Source: an uncultured Ruminococcus sp. (GTDB taxonomy: Bacteria; Bacillota; Clostridia; Oscillospirales; CAG-272). From it: a stretch of 64,000 nt of DNA. The stretch covers positions 10,006 through 74,005 of the forward strand of contig CAZUPI010000003.1 in NCBI GenBank assembly GCA_964621755.1, in the 5' to 3' direction. Shown here piece by piece: positions 59,473 through 64,000 of the stretch. The position numbers and the translations under genes are program-made. Numbering within the stretch: the stretch's first letter is position 1; every line of letters begins with the position of its first letter. The notes under the pieces are model-generated. The model had not been told where the DNA came from. It was given only the letters and a program-made list of their open reading frames with translations, and made no database searches.

Positions 59473-60687
59473 ATGGCAAATATCAGTACGAAGAAAGAAC
59501 TGCGGGTGGCGGGAAAGATACCGCCGCAGGTGAACAGGTACTATTTGAAGGTGGCAAAGACATATAAGATTTGTGGAGTTGCTCTGCTGCTGGTACTGGT
59601 CCTGTTTCTTATATTTGTGACGATGTTTTTCAGCGACTATGTGACTTATGAGAATATGCGCTACCTCGCAAAGGATTTTGGCGCGATGATGTTGTCTGAG
59701 GATGTCGGCTTCACGAATATTGTCTATAATGGGGTCGACAATATGAAATTTGTCTCCTTTAAAAATGGGCTTGCCGCGGTGAGCAGCGATAAGTACCTCT
59801 ACTTTGATGCGACGGGAATTCGCCTGATTGAAGAGGATTCCGGCTGCACCGACCCCATTTTGGTTCCCGCCGAAAAATACCTGCTCCTTTACGACCTCGG
59901 CGGAACAAGTTACTCCGTATACAATCAGCTTACCCGAATCATCAGTCGGGAAAGCGATAACAAAATCATTACGGGCGATATGAGCGACTCGGGCGCGTAT
60001 ATTCTCGTGACCCGCTCACGGGAAACCAAATACGTCGTGGAGGTCTATAACTCCGCTTTCAATCACTCTATGAGCATCTATAAAGAGAACTACGTCCTCG
60101 ACGCGGCAATTTCGCCGGATGGCACGCACATTATCATCTGTTCCGCGGCGCCTTCCGATACCGACTTTGACTGCGAAGTGTCGGTGTGCCTTGCCGGCGT
60201 TTCCGAAAATCTGACGACCCTGACTTATCCCCATACGATGCCCCTCGACGTCTACGCGTCGAATGAAGGATTTGTCATGCTGTGCGACACGGCCCTCTAT
60301 TTTTTCGATTACAACGGAAATTTGCAATCGACCGTGAGCATGGCCGGAACTTCCCTGCGTTATGCGGATACAAACGATAACGCGTCGGTGTTGGTCGGAA
60401 GCGTGAATGCGCTCGGTATGGAAAACCGCGTGATTGTCACGGATTCGTCCGGAGAAATTTTGCTCGACACCGTAATCAACAACCGCATTACCGGTGTGGA
60501 AGCGTCAGAAAACCTCGAAGAAGCGCTTGCTTATGTGCAGGTCCCGGACGGAATTGTGCAGATAACCCCTGACGGCGCGGAAAATCTGTATACCCCGGAT
60601 GGTTCCGATGTTATTGAAGTAGTCCCGGTCACAAACGGCGCGATAATCTGTACTAAAACCGGAGCCTATATGGCTTTTACAGAATAA
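59473..60687 (+). CDS. Membrane-anchored beta-propeller protein (DUF5711-like)
   Basis: N-terminal TM helix; repeated blades (YDLGG, AISPDG); precedes cvpA. Confidence 0.7.
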   Translation: MANISTKKELRVAGKIPPQVNRYYLKVAKTYKICGVALLLVLVLFLIFVTMFFSDYVTYENMRYLAKDFGAMMLSEDVGFTNIVYNGVDNMKFVSFKNGLAAVSSDKYLYFDATGIRLIEEDSGCTDPILVPAEKYLLLYDLGGTSYSVYNQLTRIISRESDNKIITGDMSDSGAYILVTRSRETKYVVEVYNSAFNHSMSIYKENYVLDAAISPDGTHIIICSAAPSDTDFDCEVSVCLAGVSENLTTLTYPHTMPLDVYASNEGFVMLCDTALYFFDYNGNLQSTVSMAGTSLRYADTNDNASVLVGSVNALGMENRVIVTDSSGEILLDTVINNRITGVEASENLEEALAYVQVPDGIVQITPDGAENLYTPDGSDVIEVVPVTNGAIICTKTGAYMAFTE

Positions 60688-60735
60688 AATAAAAAACATT
60701 AAAATTCTTCCCATAAGTAATAGGAGGTGGGAATC

Positions 60736-61470
60736 ATGAGTCTGGCGATTGATGCTGTGATTCTGTTCAGCGCGGTCATTATTGTTTGGCTTGGAGCAAA
60801 AAGAGGACTGATTCGTTCCGTAATGGGACTGGTCAGCGGAATAGTGTCGGCAATAGCCGCATACGCTTATACACCTGTTCTTGCCGCGTACATCCGGCAA
60901 AACTATCTAATCGATAATATCACAAACGGTATCGCGGAGACCTTGCGCTCTCTTGCATTCGATACCAGCACCGATTTATATGACCTCGACCGCTTAGCAG
61001 TCGACCTGCCCGAGCCGTTCACCGGAATCTTGGAGCGCTACAACATCGACATCGATGCCTTCTCCGAACAGATACGCGGCCTAACCGGATGCAGCGAGGA
61101 GGTCGTAAACAGTTTCGCGGGAGAGATAGCCTCCCCGACCGCCGACCTCATCGCGTCAGTGGCGGCCTTTGCCATCCTGTTTGTGGTGATTCTCATCGTG
61201 CTGTCCCTGCTCACCGCCGTGCTCGACCTCATCTTCACTCTTCCGGTACTCAGAAGCGCGAACATGTTCTTTGGGTTCCTCCTGGGACTCGCGGAAGCTG
61301 CCTTTTTTGCAAGCATCCTCGCGACCGTTATGTCGGTCCTTGTCTCTTCCCTCGGTGCGATTGAACCCTCCCTCTTCGGCTCCGATGCCGTAGAAGATAC
61401 CGTCATTTGTCAATTCGTCCTCCGTCACAACCTTGTCAACGGTCTCATGACTGCGCTGGGCTGGGGTTAA
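60736..61470 (+). CDS. cvpA: CvpA (colicin V production) family membrane protein
   Basis: D..I...GAKRGLI; LPVLRSANMFFGFLLG; AGGAGG RBS. Confidence 0.8.
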   Translation: MSLAIDAVILFSAVIIVWLGAKRGLIRSVMGLVSGIVSAIAAYAYTPVLAAYIRQNYLIDNITNGIAETLRSLAFDTSTDLYDLDRLAVDLPEPFTGILERYNIDIDAFSEQIRGLTGCSEEVVNSFAGEIASPTADLIASVAAFAILFVVILIVLSLLTAVLDLIFTLPVLRSANMFFGFLLGLAEAAFFASILATVMSVLVSSLGAIEPSLFGSDAVEDTVICQFVLRHNLVNGLMTALGWG

Positions 61471-61496
61471 TGAGACCTACAGACCAGAAAACATTT

Positions 61497-61568
61497 AAAA
61501 AATGATTTGGAGAGTCAGGGACCCTTTCTAAAATGGTCCTCTGACGTGGTTTGGGGCAGGGCCCCATC
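61497..61568 (-). repeat. GGGGCxCTGCCCC-headed repeat in inverted orientation
   Basis: Reverse complement GATGGGGCCCTGCCCCAAACCACGTCAGAGGACCATTTTAGAAAGGGTCCCTGACTCTCCAAATCATTTTT aligns with the 44455 and 35076 copies. Confidence 0.7.
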
Positions 61569-61607
61569 AAAACAACAAACAAAACTACAGAAAATAAAGG
61601 TGTCCTT

Positions 61608-63896
61608 ATGATTATGTGTACAAGATGCCACAAAAGAGTGGCTGCGGTTTTTATTACGAGGCTGGATAACGGCGAGAGCAAGCAGGAGGGATTGTGCATC
61701 AAGTGCGCCAAGGAACTGGGGATTAAGCCGATTGACGACATTATTGCGCAGACCGGGCTTGACGACGAGACTATCGAACGCCTGAACGGCGAGATGGAGA
61801 CGATGCTGGAGAACGGCGATATCGTACCCGGAGAAACGGACGGAAGCGCCCCGCTGCTGAACTTCTCCAAGCTGATGGGAGAGGGCGCAAAGAATTCCCG
61901 GGATAAAAAGCGTCAAAAAGGGGATTCCAAATCCGACTCCGAACCCGAGATGAAGTTTCTCAAAAATTATACCACCAACCTCACCGCACGCGCCAAAAAT
62001 GGCGAACTCGATCGCATCATCGGACGTGACCGTGAGCTGGAGCGCGTCATACAGATTCTGTGCCGCCGTCAAAAGAACAACCCCTGCCTCATCGGGGAAC
62101 CCGGCGTCGGCAAAACCGCTATCGCGGAGGCCCTTGCACAGCGCATCGCTGACGGACAGGTGCCGTATAAGCTCAAGGACCACGATGTATGCCTCCTCGA
62201 TTTGACCGCTCTTGTTGCCGGTACGCAGTTCCGCGGTCAGTTTGAGTCGCGCGTTCTGGGGCTCCTCGGCGATGTGAAGGCGCATGGCAAGGTCATCCTT
62301 GTCATCGATGAGGTCCATAACCTCGTCGGCGTAGGGGACGCAGAAGGAAGCATGAACGCCGCCAATATCCTGAAGCCCGCGCTCTCCCGCGGAGAAATTC
62401 AGGTCATCGGCGCGACTACTCTCACGGAGTACCGCAAGTATATCGAAAAAGATACCGCCCTCGAGCGCCGCTTCCAGCCCGTTATGGTCAACGAACCCTC
62501 CGTGGCAGATACGGTTGCAATTTTAAAGGGAATTAAAAAATATTACGAAGACTACCATGGTGTAAAAATCGCGGATGAAATCCTTACTTCCGCCGCGACC
62601 TTGTCCGAGCGCTATATCACCGACCGCTATCTCCCCGATAAGGCAATCGACCTCGTTGACGAGGCCGCATCCCATATTTCTGTTCACACACCTGAAATCA
62701 ACGAGCGTCATGAACTTGCTGACCGTCGCGAGGTCGTCAAAAAAGAGTACGCCGATTTGGAGACTGCTATTTCCTCCTCCGATACCGGCCAAAGTTCCGA
62801 TACCGAAACCATTGAGGAAAAATATCGCCGCCTAGCCGACCTTAAAGCCGAGGAAATGCGCATTGAAGCCCGCCTCGACGAACTTGACGAGCTCTGCGAA
62901 AAGGTCAGAATGCGGGAATCCGACCTTGCAGACGTCATCGAAATCTGGACCGGCATTCCTGCGTCAACCATCGCTGAGAGCGAATACGAAAAGCTCGAAC
63001 ACCTCGACGAACGTCTTTCGCAACGGATTATCGGACAGAGCGAAGCTGTAAACGCGGTTGCACGCGCCGTCAGACGGAGCCGTGCCGGTGTGTCCTACAA
63101 GAGAAAGCCTGTTTCCTTTATCTTTGCAGGTCCTACCGGTGTGGGAAAAACCGAATTGGTCAAAGTTCTCGCCGCAGACTTGTTCTCCTCTCCGGAAACC
63201 CTCATTCGCCTCGATATGAGCGAGTTCATGGACAAATTCTCCGTTTCCCGCATCATCGGTTCTCCTCCGGGATATGTCGGTTATGACGACGCGGGACAGC
63301 TCACCGAAAAAATCCGCCGCAGACCGTACTCCGTGGTCTTATTCGATGAAATCGAAAAGGCGCATCCCGACGTCATGAATATCCTTCTGCAAATCCTCGA
63401 CGATGGCATCATTACCGACTCGCACGGCAAGCAGGTCGATTTCTGCAATACCATTATCGTCATGACAACCAATGCGGGAAGCACCTATGCGACCGCGAAA
63501 GCCGGTTTCTCCGACAGTAAAACCGCCCTTACCGAGGACAAAACCAAAAAAGCGCTTGAAGAATTTCTGCGCCCCGAGTTCATCAACCGCGTCGATGAAA
63601 TCATCACATTTAACTCTCTCACACGAGATAACTTCATCGAAATCGCGCGTATCATGACCGGCGACCTCACAAAGCTCCTCTATGATAAGGGCATGGATAT
63701 CCACTTCACCGATGCCGCAATTGCCCATGTCGCAGATAAATCGTACTCCGTCAAGTATGGCGCACGAAACATGCGCCGCTTCATCCAGACGGAAATTGAA
63801 GATAAAATTGCCGCCGAGATCATTGCCGCACGCGGACTTCTCTCCGAAATCACCGTGGACTCCGACGAGAGCGGAATCAAAGTCACGGCAGTCTAA
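61608..63896 (+). CDS. Clp ATPase (ClpE/ClpC type) with N-terminal Zn finger
   Basis: CxxC...CxxC N-terminus; GEPGVGKT and GPTGVGKT Walker A motifs; [10 protein letters not shown]; GF loop; YGAR. Confidence 0.93.
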   Translation: MIMCTRCHKRVAAVFITRLDNGESKQEGLCIKCAKELGIKPIDDIIAQTGLDDETIERLNGEMETMLENGDIVPGETDGSAPLLNFSKLMGEGAKNSRDKKRQKGDSKSDSEPEMKFLKNYTTNLTARAKNGELDRIIGRDRELERVIQILCRRQKNNPCLIGEPGVGKTAIAEALAQRIADGQVPYKLKDHDVCLLDLTALVAGTQFRGQFESRVLGLLGDVKAHGKVILVIDEVHNLVGVGDAEGSMNAANILKPALSRGEIQVIGATTLTEYRKYIEKDTALERRFQPVMVNEPSVADTVAILKGIKKYYEDYHGVKIADEILTSAATLSERYITDRYLPDKAIDLVDEAASHISVHTPEINERHELADRREVVKKEYADLETAISSSDTGQSSDTETIEEKYRRLADLKAEEMRIEARLDELDELCEKVRMRESDLADVIEIWTGIPASTIAESEYEKLEHLDERLSQRIIGQSEAVNAVARAVRRSRAGVSYKRKPVSFIFAGPTGVGKTELVKVLAADLFSSPETLIRLDMSEFMDKFSVSRIIGSPPGYVGYDDAGQLTEKIRRRPYSVVLFDEIEKAHPDVMNILLQILDDGIITDSHGKQVDFCNTIIVMTTNAGSTYATAKAGFSDSKTALTEDKTKKALEEFLRPEFINRVDEIITFNSLTRDNFIEIARIMTGDLTKLLYDKGMDIHFTDAAIAHVADKSYSVKYGARNMRRFIQTEIEDKIAAEIIAARGLLSEITVDSDESGIKVTAV

Positions 63897-63902
63897 AACG
63901 GA

Positions 63903-64000
63903 ATGATGAAATACAAAAACGATTGGCACCTTCTGAAAAAGGAAGAAGTTCTCTCCGCGCTGACGACGGACATGTACAAAGGTTTGTCCGACAAGGAGGC
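63903..64000 (+). CDS. Cation-transporting P-type ATPase, N-terminus only (runs off the right edge)
   Basis: MMKYKNDWHLLKKEEVLSALTTDMYKGLSDKEA matches the WH....EV...L.T....GLS..EA pattern. Confidence 0.7.
   Translation, partial: MMKYKNDWHLLKKEEVLSALTTDMYKGLSDKE

Overview
A 64-kb chromosomal segment, most likely from a Bacillota/Clostridia (Oscillospiraceae-like) organism, judged from HrcA/CIRCE, ECF transporters, an SLH protein and sigma-A promoters. The left half (1-39 kb) is mostly accessory. It holds a frameshifted glycosidase-like gene, a 7-gene operon (M20 amidohydrolase, ATC-hydrolase-like protein, SsuABC-type ABC transporter, nitroreductase, SDR), the ghost of an HTH-hsdM locus fused to a CUT1 ABC operon, a tandem OB-fold lipoprotein, two ABC exporter pairs, patB-metI-mtaR, an M14 peptidase, a GH43 pseudogene, rsuA-tex and msmX. 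The right half is largely core: hrcA-grpE-dnaK-dnaJ-prmA, a Xaa-Pro aminopeptidase, an ECF sigma with an RsgI/PepSY anti-sigma, a nrdD-glutaredoxin fusion, ruvC, ecfA1A2T-truA, cvpA, a ClpE/ClpC ATPase and the start of a P-type ATPase. I found no rRNA, tRNA, CRISPR array, transposase or phage gene. Three signals stand out. (1) A near-identical 45-bp MtaR-type promoter/operator sits before both metI-patB and the uncharacterised 7-gene operon, pointing to an undescribed organosulfur-salvage pathway. (2) A family of degenerate intergenic palindromic repeats and small TIR elements is present, and local GC skew flips from C-rich to G-rich across several of them. (3) Accessory genes show concentrated decay while core genes are intact. 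All family assignments come from motif recognition by eye, not database searches.
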